Assembly (NCBI RefSeq): GCF_963921235.1 | Contig: NC_086114.1 | Span: 44,144,001 to 44,208,000 of the forward strand | Direction of reading: 5' to 3' | Length of the DNA: 64,000 bases | From: Mobula hypostoma | Lineage: Eukaryota | Shown here: positions 48,265 through 61,125 of the stretch, in pieces | Position numbering within the stretch: position 1 is the stretch's first letter | Layout: each line of letters starts with the position of its first letter | Notes under the pieces: generated by a model | What the model was told of the DNA's origin: nothing | The model's input: the letters and a program-made list of their open reading frames with translations, nothing else | Databases searched by the model: none | Made by a program: the position numbers and the translations under genes

Positions 48265-49860
48265 AGAGACTGCAGATGCTGGAATCTGGAGCAACAAACA
48301 AAGGCTGGGGGATATCAGCTAGTCAGGCAGCATCTGAGGACGGTAATTGACTCTTCATTTCCCATCATTCACCACTTTCATCTAACAGAATTGATCACTT
48401 CCATCTGACAACACACTAAGTGCTGGAGGAACTCAACAGGTCAGGCAGCACCTTCAGAGAGGAATAAACAGTCAATGTTTTGGGCCGCTACCCTGAAGAG
48501 TATTTTGTGTGTGTAACTCTAGATTTCCAGCACCTGCAAAATCTCTTGTGATCACCTAACAATGGCAACTTTCACCAACGTAGCTCCTTTACTACATTAA
48601 AATAGACCACAGAGCTTGAAGGGGTTAAAACTAAGATACACCTTGGTGCAGCAGAAATGATGCTACCTCAGGGCTTCAGGATCCAGGGTTAAATCCTGAA
48701 TTCTGGTGCTGCTTTTCACCCAGGTGCTCCATTGTCTTCCCACATCTCAAAGAGGTGCTCCTCATAGCAACAAACCATTTGCTGGAGGAACTCAGCAGGT
48801 TGAGCAGTACCTGGGCCTAGGAAAGGTGATGTTTCTCCACTGGAAACATTGACTGTTCACACACTTGCACAGGTCCTGTCTGCCTCCTGCATTTTGCATG
48901 TTGCTTAGAAAAGGAATTATCGACTTTGCAGGCCTCAAAGCGCTGTGTCAGGACTGAGGTGGAGAGGCGAGATGGCCAGTATAAAGAGAAGTAGAGAGAA
49001 AGCAGTCTGAGGGAGAGTGGTGAGATGACAGGCAGGTAGTGGAGATAGAGCTGAAAGTGAGAGTGACAGGTGAAGGGTAGGTGGAGGCCTAGAAAGAGAG
49101 TGAGGGAACATGGGGGAAATAAACAGATGGAGCAAGGTAGGGGACAGGAGGATGAAGGTTTGGAGACAGCTGCTGGAGGGAGATAAGCAGGAACACAAAG
49201 GCCTACCAGAGCTGGATTCTGTTAAGGAAAGGAGGTAAGAATGGGAACCATTTAGAGAGAGGTGAGTGGCAGTTCACATGGGTGAAAAGGGCGGGGGGAA
49301 GGAAACAGGAGGGAACCGGTGTGTGAAGTGGGTGGCTGGAAGCAGGAAGGGGAGGGGAACAAAGAAGGGTGAATAGAGCAAGTGGACAAGAATGAGGTGG
49401 AGATGGGGGAAATAGGGAGAGAAAAGATTTTAAAAGGGGTTGCCTAATATTGGAACACTCAATATTCAAATCCACAAGACAGACTGAAGATGTTGGAAAC
49501 CTTGAGCAATATACACAAAATGCTGAATAAACTCAGCAAATTAGCCAGCATCAAAGGGGGGGAATAAACAGCTGACATTTTGAGCCAAGACTCCTCGTCA
49601 GGAGTCCTAATGAAGTGTCTTGGTCCAAACCACTTACTGTTCATTTCCCTCCGTAAAGCTGCCTGACCAGCTGAGTTCTTCCAACAAGTTTTGTGTGTGC
49701 ACAATATTCATACCATTGGCTTTTAGACTACCCAGGATTATAGACCTCCTGCTGTCTCCAGGGTGCTTCAGGTTGCCAGCTACTGTACCTCTGACATCAT
49801 CCCACTTCCCCTCAAATAGAACCGAGATAGAGTTCCCCTGACTCCATCAACTACAGTCTC
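48265..49860 (-). mobile_element. Cluster of PLE ends, including an ORF C-terminus and a nested palindrome (49475-49701)
   Basis: Minus strand LGSLKANGMNI (49702-49736) joined to ECSNIR; repeated gctggaggaactcagcaggt units; NRDRVPL fragment near 49820. Confidence 0.8.
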
Positions 49861-50934
49861 TCGTGGCTCCAGGTGCCACCAGTAGGTTATTGGGGCCACT
49901 CTAAATTACCCCTAGTGCAGGTAGCTAGAAAGGGAATCAGAGCAAAATTGATGGGCATATGAGAGAGTATAGGTTACACGGGAAGAAGTGGGGGAATGGG
50001 ATGGATAAAACAGCACAGCCTCTTTGGCTGATGATATTGTACAGACCTGTATAAACCTATTCCATGGTAAATCTAAACCTTCCCTCCTACACAGCACATA
50101 ACCCTCCATTTTTCCTTTATCCTTAAGTATCCTTATTGCATCGGTATCAACTACCAACCACGAAAGTGCATACTCTGTGTAAACCATTCTTTGTGTAAAA
50201 AACTTACCCCTGATATCGAAATCCCCTTTTAGAATGGGAATACTCTAGAATGAATTAGTGGACTTACTGGCTTCACTCTACTTTATTAGAAAAAAAAGAT
50301 AAAAGTGGACTAGGATAGACGAGGCTTATACAGTATACATTTAGATTCATGAGATAAATTCTTGGGATGAAGGAGATTCCTATGAGAGGAAATTAAGTCT
50401 CTCCTCTACTCACTGGAGTCCAGAAGAATGAGAAGTGACCTCAGACATTCAGAAACTTCTGAGAGGCTTCTCAAAGACTGTTTCCTCTGATTGGAGACGT
50501 CAGACCCAAGGGATACAGGTCTCTGGATAAATGATTGACCATTTCTGTAGAGGCAAACAGCAACTTATTCTTTCAGACAGTCATACATTTTTGGAATTTA
50601 TTAACCTGAAAGGCTATCTATGATCGATTATAGACTTTATTAAAGGCTGACTTTGATCTGGGATATGAGGATTGAGCAGGAAATTTGAAGAGGTACAAGA
50701 CAAGCCATGATCTTAGAGTCATAAAATCAGTGTACTACTGCACAGAAACAGGCCCTTCATCCCATCCTGTCCATGCTGACCCCATCTTCTGCCTAGTCCC
50801 ATCTACTTGCACCTGGACCACATCGTTCCAAGCCTCCCCACGCACCCTCCCTCGCCATCCATGTGCTGTACCTATCCAAACTTCTCTTAAAATATTATAA
50901 TTGAACCTGCATCTGTTCAATTATAACACTTTAA

Positions 50935-51644
50935 GAGAAGTTTGACCCCTGTTTCCATCCAGGGGGTCAGTGTGGACATGGTGGAGGATTACAAATACCT
51001 GGGAATACAAATTGACAATAAACTGGACTGGTCAAAGAACACTGAGGCTGTCTACAAGAAGGGTCAGAGCCATCTCTATTTCCTGAGGAGACTGAGGTCC
51101 TTTAACATCTGCCGGCCGATGCTGAGGATGTTCTACGAGTCTGTGGTGGCCAGTGCTATCATGTTTGCTGTTGTGTGCTGGGGCAGGTGGCTGAGGGTGG
51201 CAGACACGAACAGAATCAACAAACTCATTCATAAGGCCAGTGATGTTGTGGGGATGGAACTGGACTCTCTCACGGTGGTGTCTGAAAAGAGGATGCTGTC
51301 CAAGTTGCATGCCATCTTGGTCAATGTCTCCCATCCACTACATAATGTACTGGGTGGGCACAGGAGTACATTCAGCCAGAGACTCATTCCACTGAGATGC
51401 AGCACAGAGCGTCATAGGAAGTCATTCCTGCCTGTGGCCACCAAACTTTACAACTCCTCCCTTGGAGGGTCAGACACCCTGAGCCAATAGGCTGGTCCTG
51501 GACTTATTTCATAATTTATTGGCATAATTTACATATTACTATTTAACTATTTATGGTTCTATTACTATTTTTTATTTATGGAGCAACTGTAACAAAAACC
51601 AATTTCCCCCGGGATTAATAAAGTATGACTATGACTATGACTAT
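50935..51644 (+). mobile_element. Young Rex1/Babar LINE 3' portion nested in a minus-strand CR1 (50720-52110)
   Basis: Open 182-aa ORF VEDYKYLGIQIDNKLDW..KKGQSHLYFLRRLRSF..FYESVVASAI; (CTATGA)n tail. Confidence 0.93.
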
Positions 51645-52194
51645 CTATCACCCCTGCTCATTCCACACTTCTACCACCCTCTGAGTGAGGATGTTTCCCC
51701 TTAAATACTTAACTTTTTACCCTCAACCTATGTCCTATACTTCTACTCTCACCCTGGGAGAGGAAAACCCTGCATGCATTCACTCTATTTGTACTCATAA
51801 TTTTGTATGCCACTATATAAGATCTCCCCTCATTCTCCTGTACTCCAGGGAATAATGTGCTGACTTAATCAAGCTTTCCTTATATCTCTTATTGTTGCAT
51901 AGGATTACATGGGATACGTGACACAGAAGCATGCCTTCCTCACCAACCAGTCCACGAACCTTTGGAGTTCTCCTACCATTCCCAGCTAAATCTATCACTC
52001 CTAACTTCCTCATTTGCTTGTCCAGTATCCCTGTACATTTATTCACTAACTACTGCCAATAGAAGCAAGTTCCACATTCTCACCAAGTTTTGAGAAAAGT
52101 CACTCCTTTTGAATTCACTCTTGGTGACTGCTTTATTCACTTCCACAAAGGCTTCCTTATTTTTAAAGACCACAATTAGGTAGTTCCTAACCTG

Positions 52195-52432
52195 TATTTT
52201 TATTTGGATGTACAGCACAGTAACAATCCCGTAGCACCCAGTTACACCTATGTGACCAATTAACTCACTAAACTGTAGATCTTTGGACTGTGTGAGGAAA
52301 CTGGAGCATCCAGAGGAAACGCACACAGTCGCAGGGAGAATGTACAGACTCCTTACGGACAGTAGCAGAATTGGATCCATATTGCTGGCACTGTATTAGT
52401 GTTGCGCTAACCACTCAGCTACCATGCCACCC
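52195..52432 (-). mobile_element. V-SINE
   Basis: Reverse complement of the 25076 family. Confidence 0.85.
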
Positions 52433-52597
52433 TTCTGAAGAGGGAAGTGATTAATAAAGGATAGACAGCCCTGATGGTCAGAACAGGCTCCTTCTACTGC
52501 CAGCCATCGTGTCCTTGATGCCAAAACAAAGGAAAATATCAAGAAAATTGTGTGGTATTAAGGAATATAGGTAGTTGAGGGTGGGGGGGGGTAGGGG

Positions 52598-52605
52598 AAG
52601 AGAGG

Positions 52606-52646
<41 letters not shown>
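52598..52646. repeat. (GA)n microsatellite
   Basis: Direct observation. Confidence 0.95.
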
Positions 52647-52649
<3 letters not shown>

Positions 52650-55600
52650 GGACGGGGAGGTATTTAGCTGTGCTCAAAGGGGAAATCGATATAGAGCCAT
52701 ACAGAATGAAAAGAGTTCCTTCAATCCAACTCATCCATACTGACCAAGTTGCCTAACTGAGCTGGTCCTTTTTGCATGCAGATGGCCCTTATCTCTCTAA
52801 ATCTTTCCTACCTATGCACCTGTATAAACGTCTTTAAAATATTGTAATTGCACCAGCTTCTACCACTTCCTTTGGCTGGATCCATGTGAACTGTAATCCT
52901 TTGTGTTATTCACCCTTATTCCATTACTCACTTTCTCCATACTTGTAACTTTACATAGAAGGTGGCTACTCAGCCCATCATATCTGTTCTGGATCTCAAA
53001 GTGTTCCTATCAATCCTATTCTCTTATTCCTCACTAAATTCCTCCGTCATTTACTTCTCTATTCTTTCGAATCTGAATCTGGTTCATTGTCACTGAAATA
53101 TTGTATGAAATTCATTTATTTTCAGTTGCAGAACAGTGCAATACATTAAAAATTACAATATATACATATAAATATTGCAAACAGAGGTCAAATGGTGAGG
53201 TAGTGTAATGGCTCATGGCCCATTCAGAAATCTGAGGTCATAGGAGAAGAAACTGTTCCTAAAATGTTGAACTTGTGTCTTCAGATTCCCGTACCTCCTT
53301 CCCCCGATGGTAGTAATAAGAAGAAGGCATGTGGCAGATGGGGAGGATCCTTAATAATGGATTCTGCCTTCTTCTTTCTCGCATGCCCACCCGTTCCTTC
53401 CAATTCTCATTACCCAGCTACACCTGAGACAATGTAGAATGGCAAATTCACTCACTGACAGTCATGTCTGTAGGATGTGGCAGGAAACCAGAAGCGCTCC
53501 GAATCCCTCCACAAAGAAAACGTGTAAATTCTGCACACAAACATCAGAGGTAAGGATCGAACCCAGGTTTCCTGAGCTGTGGGGTAGCAGCTCAGTTCTC
53601 TGTGTCATTCTCCCACCCTTCCAACTGTAACTACAAAATATATGTTCAATTACAGAGAAATAGCTGGTCCCAAGTAGAGCAATCCCATTAGTTAACCTCA
53701 GAAAGAAGACGAAGTTGTCCCTTAACACTTAGACAGATATCAGACGCATAAATACTGTGTGTGACTCTGAAGTTCCATTGTGGTGCACCTACTTACATCG
53801 ACAAATAGTTTACATTATTATAGTACATACCTCACACAGCTTAGATTTAACGGGGCCATTCAGTTTGAATTAACACAGCCTCTGAATCTGGCGCCAGAAC
53901 CACAATAAAACGGAACTGCATTAAAATAACAGTCTACATTACTTTCTAACAACTGATTCCATGTCTTTATGTCTGTGTCATGTGGACTGGATGTTCTACT
54001 TGGGACCTTACCTCCAGCTCTGAAGTACCCATATTTCGAGACAGGTTTTTCTGCAAGAAGGCGGCTATCTAAATGAAACTCATTTCTATAGGCAATCTCC
54101 TGACTTAGTTATCAAATTCCTTCCCTAAACCCCCATTCCCACCTCATCTAGGATCTGATGAAGATTCAGGAATGTAATGCAAGTACATTTAAAACCCCCC
54201 TCTTTAAAACCAAGTTTTAGGACAACCAGGGTCATGTAATATGCATCAGTAACAAATTCTTATTCCTTGGCAAAGAATGTACAGCGTGTGTAGACTGAAT
54301 ATAATCAGAAGGAATTCAATTAAAATAATAAGTTTTTCTTTTAGCCAAAGAATGGTGATGGTCTAGAGTGCCCACTATTGGAAAGGCAGAAACTTCGGTC
54401 ATCTAACAATGTCCTAAGTTACAAAGCAGGAAAGGCTAGTCTAGGTAAGACTTCACTGGTCATCAAAGACAATGAGAAAAACTGACCACATTGTGCCATT
54501 ATTCTATGATAATCATGTTTGTTGATTGCCTTGGGACATGTGCTTAACCAAACATAAACCAGTACAATACAGGAACAGGCACTTTGGCCCCCGGTATCCA
54601 TGCCGACCATGATGACAATTTAAATTAATCCCACTTGCCTGCACATGATCTATATAACTCCAATCCCTGCTTGTTGATGTCTAAGTGCCTCTAAAAAGCT
54701 GCTTTTGTATCTTCTTCCATCTTTTCCTCCATCAGCATGTTCCAGAACTTTCCACTCTCTGTAACTTGCCTCATAAATCTCTTTTAGACTTTCTCCTTCT
54801 CAACATAAATCAACGTCAATAGAAGAATGTCTCTGACTATCTAATCCATCCATGCCTAACATAATCTTATATACCAGGTTACCCCTTAGTCTGCAACGAT
54901 CTAAGGGAAACAATACGTTTGTCTGATTTTGTAAGGTCGTTTTACAAACATCTTTGTGTACCTTAATCAAAACAGAATGGAAAGAGCAGTGGGTGTGTGA
55001 TTAGGTGTCTGATTTGCTGGTGTTGGCTGACCAATGCCCGTGACAGATGGCATCGTCCAATCTAATGGCTTGTCCTGAGATGCCAACCAGTACTAAAGAT
55101 GGTTTTGGGGAATTCTTGTCAAAAGCCTATGGTCTGAAGCCAGTTAAAGGCATTCATTTAAAAAAATGGAAAGTGAAAATGCAGATGAAGTGTCTCAATC
55201 CAAAACATCGATTGAACCCTATCTATACTTTCCACTGCAGCAGTAAAGCAGCCAGCATAATCAAAGCCCCCATCCACCCATTCTCTCTTCTCCCATCAGG
55301 CAGAAGATACAAAAACCTGAAAGGAGAGTTTCTGCCCTGCTGTTATAAGACTATTAAGTAGGTCTCTAGTACAATAAAATGTACTCTTGACCCCACAATC
55401 TTCCTCATTATGATCTTCCACTTTATTGTTTACTTACATTGTACTTTCTGTAGCTGTTACATTTTATTCTGCATTGTTATTATTTTACCTCAGTGCTCTG
55501 TGTAATGATCTGATGAGTATTAAGGGTATGCAAGGCAAGCTGTGTCTTGGTACATGTGACAATAATGAACCAATTCCAATTCCATCTCCCTCCATAGATG

Positions 55601-55844
55601 TTACCTGATCCAGTGAGTTCCTCCATCTAGCTGTGGCTTGCTGTGAAAAATGAAAGTTTTCCAGTTTACAAGATGTATTTGTTTGTACATATGTGGGAGA
55701 GGGTCCAATTTTAAAATTAGACTTTGTATTTAATTATCTGTATTTACTGCATTTGTTAACTTCTGGACTTCATTGACTATAATAAAAGCACTGCTCCTTG
55801 AAAGAACAATGTTGTTTCTGTACTAATCTACTGCTCATCTTTTT

Positions 55845-55955
55845 TTCTCCAGTCCTGCTGAGGGGTTTCAGCCTTAAATGTCGACTGTACTCTTTTCCAC
55901 AGATGCTGCCTGGCTGGCTGAGCTCCTCCAGCATTTTGTGTGTGTTGCTTGTTTC
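55845..55955 (+). mobile_element. PLE terminal fragment, degenerate hammerhead
   Basis: ccagtcctgctgaggggtttcagccttaaatgtcgactg..gatgctgcctgg. Confidence 0.8.
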
Positions 55956-56089
55956 TGTATAGTCCAGCTGATTTCCTCGTTTTGAAGTTTGGAGAGTGGA
56001 CCATCTAGCTCATGTATGCAGTTTCCTGCAAATTAATCCATTTGGTTTGAGAGTCATCAAGAGTGTGTAAAGTATCCTGGGACCATGCA

Positions 56090-57600
56090 ATTGTTTAATA
56101 TGCTCGTGTCTGCAGGGATCGCTCAGCACAGATCAGTGTTTTTAATGTCTCCAGGAGCCTGTAAAGTATTTGCTAAGCATCCTTAGAGTGCACTAATATT
56201 TGCAATGTGTCTTGGGAGTGTGTTGGTGTTGTAGTGTCTCTTGGGAGCATGGTGAGAATATCACCATGCACTGAGAGTACAGCAGGTTTTGCAACGTGCC
56301 CCAGGAATACGTCAATGTTACAAAGTCTGTGTTTGGAGTTTTTCAGTTACTGGAAAACATCTTCAGAATTTGCACTTTGTCCTGTGATTGTGTCAGCCTT
56401 TACACTGAATCTTGGGAGTGTGTCAGTGTTTCACTGTATCCAGAGACTGCATCAAGATTTACACTGCGTCCTAGGTTTGCTTCAAGATTTACACGGTGTT
56501 CTGGGATTAAGTCAACATTTACGGTGTCTCCTGGGAGTATGTCTCCATTTCTACTGTGTTCTAGGATTATGTCAGCATTTACATTGTGTCCTCAAATTCT
56601 TTCAACGCTTACACTGTGTCCTAGAAACGCGTCAGTGTTGTACCATGTCCAAGGATTGTATCAACACTGACACTGTGTCCTAGGAGTGTGTCAGTGTTGT
56701 ACTGTGTCCTGGGATTGTATCAATACTTACACTGTGTCCTGGGAGTGTATTAGCGTTGTATCATGTCCAAGGATTGTGTCAACACTTACACTGTGTCCTG
56801 AGAATGCGTCAGTGTTGTACTGTGTCCTGGGATTGTGTCAACACTTAAGGCTAATTTTTACTTTTGCATACTAGCTTACGCCACAGCCTATGCAAGTGGG
56901 CTACGCCGTTGTGAGCATTTATACTTGTGCGTTGGTGTGTCTGTGTTGCTCTGCAATTCACTGCCAAAACTAGTTGGCGGTGGGGTTTCTATGCCACTGT
57001 GTTGAGTTTCTTCGTGTTGATACTTTTGGATATCGGCAGGTAGATTTTGATGATTTGGTTCATCATCTCCAACCATTTATTTCATATCAGTGTACACACA
57101 GTATACTCAGAGACTGGCAATCACCATTTGAGTTTTAGCTCCAGGTGGAAGTCAACAGGCCGTAGCAGATAGCTACAAACTAGCGTCAAGCACAGGGTCC
57201 TCCATAGTTTTGGAGGTCTGTAAAGCTTTATGGAATGCATTGCAGCCAGAGTTCCTTCCCTGCCCTTCAGTTGCCCAATGGGAAGCTATTGCTGCATAGG
57301 AGGAAATGCGATGCTACCAAGCGGACCAATCACAGTTGTTGCGGTCTGTGTCACCGTGATGCATAGTTATTTTTTGGGAGAGGTGAGCATTAGGCTATGG
57401 CGTAGGGTTCAGCGTAGATACAACGTAGGGTTTGCGGCTACGCCGTACGTACGGCGTACATTTGACGCACAAGTAAAAATCAGCCTTTACACTGTGTCCT
57501 GAGAGCGTGTCAGTGCTGTATCATGTCCGAGAATTGTGTCAAAACTTACACTGTATCCTGGGAGTGTGTCAGTGTTTTACTGTGTCCTAGCAGTGTGTTT
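56090..57600. repeat. ~30-bp minisatellite (ACACTGTGTCCTGGGATTGTGTCAGCATTT-like) with 59/118-bp higher-order periodicity
   Basis: Units readable by eye from 56401; more degenerate leftward; interrupted at 56848-57486. Confidence 0.9.
56848..57486. mobile_element. Non-autonomous PIF/Harbinger transposon
   Basis: 20-bp TIRs AGGCTAATTTTTACTTTTGC / GCACAAGTAAAAATCAGCCT (2 mismatches); TTA TSD at 56845-56847 and 57487-57489; CpG-rich subterminal TACGCC motifs. Confidence 0.88.
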
Positions 57601-59914
57601 GTACAGGCAAAAAATCTGAGACAGATGTCAGTATTTCCAGATTTTCAGTGGTGTGCCTCTGCTGTCAGGAATCCCTGGAGGCAGAGAGTTCCACCTTTTA
57701 GTTACTTTGAGGGGGAAACATCTCTGGCAAATACAGGCTGCAGTGTCAGAATTATAGGATAAGATACTGGTTTTGAAGTAGATCAAAGTCAAATTCAAGT
57801 TTATTGTCATATGTATGCACAGGCATAATGAAATATTTACATGCGGCAGCATAATGTGCACATAGCATCTTATAAGTCAAACATAAATTAAACATTTTTT
57901 ACAAGAAGGGAAAGAATTAGAACAGAAATAGCCAATTTTAGTGCAATAGGATCAAAGTCGTCATAGTGTTGCTAAATTGTAGTGATCAGGATTGTGCTGG
58001 TTGATTCAAGAGCTGATTGGTCACAATTTTGAAGAATGATGGGATAGATTCAAAGGTCTAGATCGTTTATTACTGGTCCTATTTCAAATAATCTTACGTA
58101 GTCTTGGCTAATAACCACAGAGAATTTGTAAGTGGTGTATATTGACCGTGATGAAGGGAATGAACATTTGTTTGAATCAGTGGATTTATTTGTCCAGGAG
58201 GCTCTGATTGGCTAACTTGACCTCATTTTACCATCCATTCAACAAAAGTGGACATTTGCCAGAATTTACTGTGCATCTTTATATACCAAAGTGTGAGTGG
58301 GTTCCATACATTGGTGAGGACAGGTGGCACATGGACGACCGAGAAATGGAGGGCTTTGTAGGAGGGAAGGGTTAGATTGATTTCGGAGTCGGCTAAAAGG
58401 TCAGCTGAAGGGCCTGTACCGTGCTGCAGTGAGAATCTGGAGTCACAATGTAGTATTGTAGACAGTGCCGTGAGCCTGATAGAGTTTCACAAGAATCCAG
58501 AAGTAGAATTTCACCACGTCTGGTTTTTATACCAATTCAATTAACAGAATCTGAGGCCAACCAGCCTTAGACTTGAACTCCTGCAGTTCAAACATTAGTT
58601 GAAGCATTAGAATTACTAAACCAGTAATGTAACCACAAACAGAAGAAATTCTGCATATGCTGGAGATCTTGAGTAACACTCACAAACTGCTGAAGGAACT
58701 CAACAGGTCAAGAATAAAAAGTTGATATTTCAGGTCGAGGTTTTTCACCATGACTGGAAAGGAAGGGAGAAAAAGCTGGAATATAAAGGTGGGAGGGAAA
58801 AGAAGGAGCACAAGCTGGAAAGTGAAACCAGGTTAAGGAGAAAGTAACTACCATGTCTACGACCCACTTGTCCTCGGGTGGCATCCATTTAAATGCCCAG
58901 ACATCAGGAGAGGACTTAACCAAGGTTACAACAGTTCTTAAGGTCAAGCAAGCTGCTGACACCCAAGGGATGGCAAGGGACCCTGTGGCCTAGCATTCCC
59001 AGCAGTCTAGAACAGAGCCTTTAGGAGTAAGGGGTAAAGCGTGATCGTAAAGTGATGGCACTCGTGTGTTTGTTAATAATAGACATTTTCATCTGGCAAT
59101 TTAAGTGCTTTGTGTTATTTAAGCCTTTAGCGCAACCAGTTGAAAATGATACTGGATTGTCAATCTCCTGGGCTTCATAGTAGAGCCACTGATCAGGCCA
59201 ACAGCAGCAGAGGCTCCTTCAGTCCAAGTTACCACAGATTAATATTACTCTGGGTCTCCTGTGAATTGTGACTTGATGCCTCTATATATTACAGGACCAG
59301 ACAGGTCTTATGTGTGCAAATTTAATCATTGTTTATGCCTACATGAAGGTGCCTTGAGCAAAAGAGACACAGATGAAAGTCGACAAATCAGACAGAGCCA
59401 AGGGATGCGACAACGATGAGTTCCGGTATCAGGCGTCTGATTCTGAAAATAAACCTTTGTCTCTGCAGCCCGCTCGTCAGCACCATACGGCACTCCCCAA
59501 GAGCGAAAGTGAAGATAGTGGTACTTAGCATTCTGTGATGCAATTGAATATTGAAAACACGTGGAGATACCAGTGACATTGAATATAATGTAAGCTGCTT
59601 TATTTACAAAGGGCAGTTACTTCAGACAGTATTTGGTATACAGTGCCTGAAGGCCTTGGAATATAGCAACTGGACTGTAAAGTGATACAACAGGGTAACT
59701 GTTTTATGTAAATCTGATGGAAACATAGGAGTCAAATCCCTATTATTTTTCAATTCCCCTCATGTTGCAGAATTGCTCACATATCCAAAGCCCTGAAAAA
59801 AAAACAGGTGATTTTATCTATTGACCGCAAATACCTAAGGATTTATCTTCAGGCAATTCAGACGTGCAGAAGGAATGTTATATGCTTGGCTAAGGTTAGC
59901 AGGCCACATTGTTT

Positions 59915-60100
59915 ATCCACACACAAAATACTGGAGGAAGTCAACTGGTCAAGCAGCATCTATGGAGGGAAATGTTCAGATGCAGTATCTCAACCTGAAT
60001 CACTGACTGCCTTTCCTTCTGTAGATGCTGCCTGATCTGCTGATTTCCTCCAGCACTTTGTGTGTTGCTCCAAATTCTAACATCCATGGTCTCTTGCGTC
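59915..60100. mobile_element. Head-to-head inverted PLE ends
   Basis: acacaaaatactggaggaa..gcagcatctatggagggaa / ttccttctgtagatgctgc..ttcctccagcactttgtgtgt. Confidence 0.8.
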
Positions 60101-60360
60101 TTCACATTGCTGGCATGGTGTCAAAAGATTTACAAAGCAGAAACTCTACTCTGTTCTTCTCGATGAAGGACAGATGAAAAGATTCAATGATATGCTTCTT
60201 CAAGAAGCAAGATATCTCCATTGATCGTGGGTAACGCAGACCCTTGTTCATTCAAAGAGGAGAAGGAAAGTTCAGGATGGCATTGAGAGCCTCAAAGGAG
60301 CACATAGAATTCCAATGATCAATGGTACTTTTAAGTCCACAGCTCAAGGAGCAGTGAACT

Positions 60361-60575
60361 TGGGGAAAATAACAAATAATTATACCAAATTTATTTTGAA
60401 TCCCATGGAGCATGTGGAAACCTTCCAATACCCAGGCGGCTCTTCTTTTTTTTTCTCTTTCTTTCTTTTAGGTAGGACTATATATATGGGGGGGGGAGGG
60501 TTAAGGGGGGGTGGGTAGATTTTATCTTTTCATGTATTCTTTTTGAAAATTCAATAAAAATTATATTAAAAAAAA
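60361..60575 (+). mobile_element. 5'-truncated L1-type insertion with poly(A) and 15-bp TSD
   Basis: AAGGAGCAGTGAACT at 60346-60360 and 60576-60590; T-rich and G-rich UTR, AATAAA, A tail. Confidence 0.85.
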
Positions 60576-60611
60576 AAGGAGCAGTGAACTGTTAAGAGGA
60601 ATGAGAGAAGA

Positions 60612-61125
60612 TCAGTGCCCGCTTTATTAGGTACACCAGTGTATCTACTTGTTAATGCAAATATCTAATCAGCTAATCATATAGAAGCAACTCAATACAT
60701 AAAAGCATGCAGACATGGTCAAGAGGTTCATTTGTTGTATGGAACAAACTTCAGAATTGGGAAGAAATGTGATCTAAGTAAGTGACTTTGACTATAGAAT
60801 GCTTACTGGTGCCAGACTGTGTGTTTGTGTATCTGCAGGAAACTGCAGATCTCCTGGGCTTTTCACACACAGCAGTCTCTAGAGTTTATAGAGAATATTC
60901 TGGAAAGCAAAAAAAAACATCAGTTGAGTGGTGGTTCTGTGGGGGAAAATATCTTGTTAATGAAAGAGGTCAGAGGAGAATGTCCAGACAGTTTCAGGCT
61001 GATAGGAAAGCAACAGTAACTCAAATAACCATGTATTACTGCAGTGGTGTGCAGAAGAGCATCTCTGAACAAACAACACATCGAAGTTTGAAGTGGATGG
61101 GCTGCAGTAACACAAGACAATAAGC
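60612..61125 (+). mobile_element. Tc1 transposon 5' part (HTH region of transposase)
   Basis: TIR-like start; ETADLLGFSHTAVSRVYREY..LVNERGQRRM.R..QADRKATVTQIT..QKSISE.TT.R.LKWMG. Confidence 0.9.

Noticed and set aside
50942-51490. Longest intact ORF (182 aa) as a host gene
   Set aside because: It is the C-terminus of a 5'-truncated Rex1 with a microsatellite tail; a near-identical piece lies at 30660.
56207-56874. 158-aa ORF with LHCVLGLCQH repeats, or a CRISPR-like array
   Set aside because: These are translations of a 30-bp tandem repeat; there are no unique spacers, no cas genes, and the context is vertebrate.
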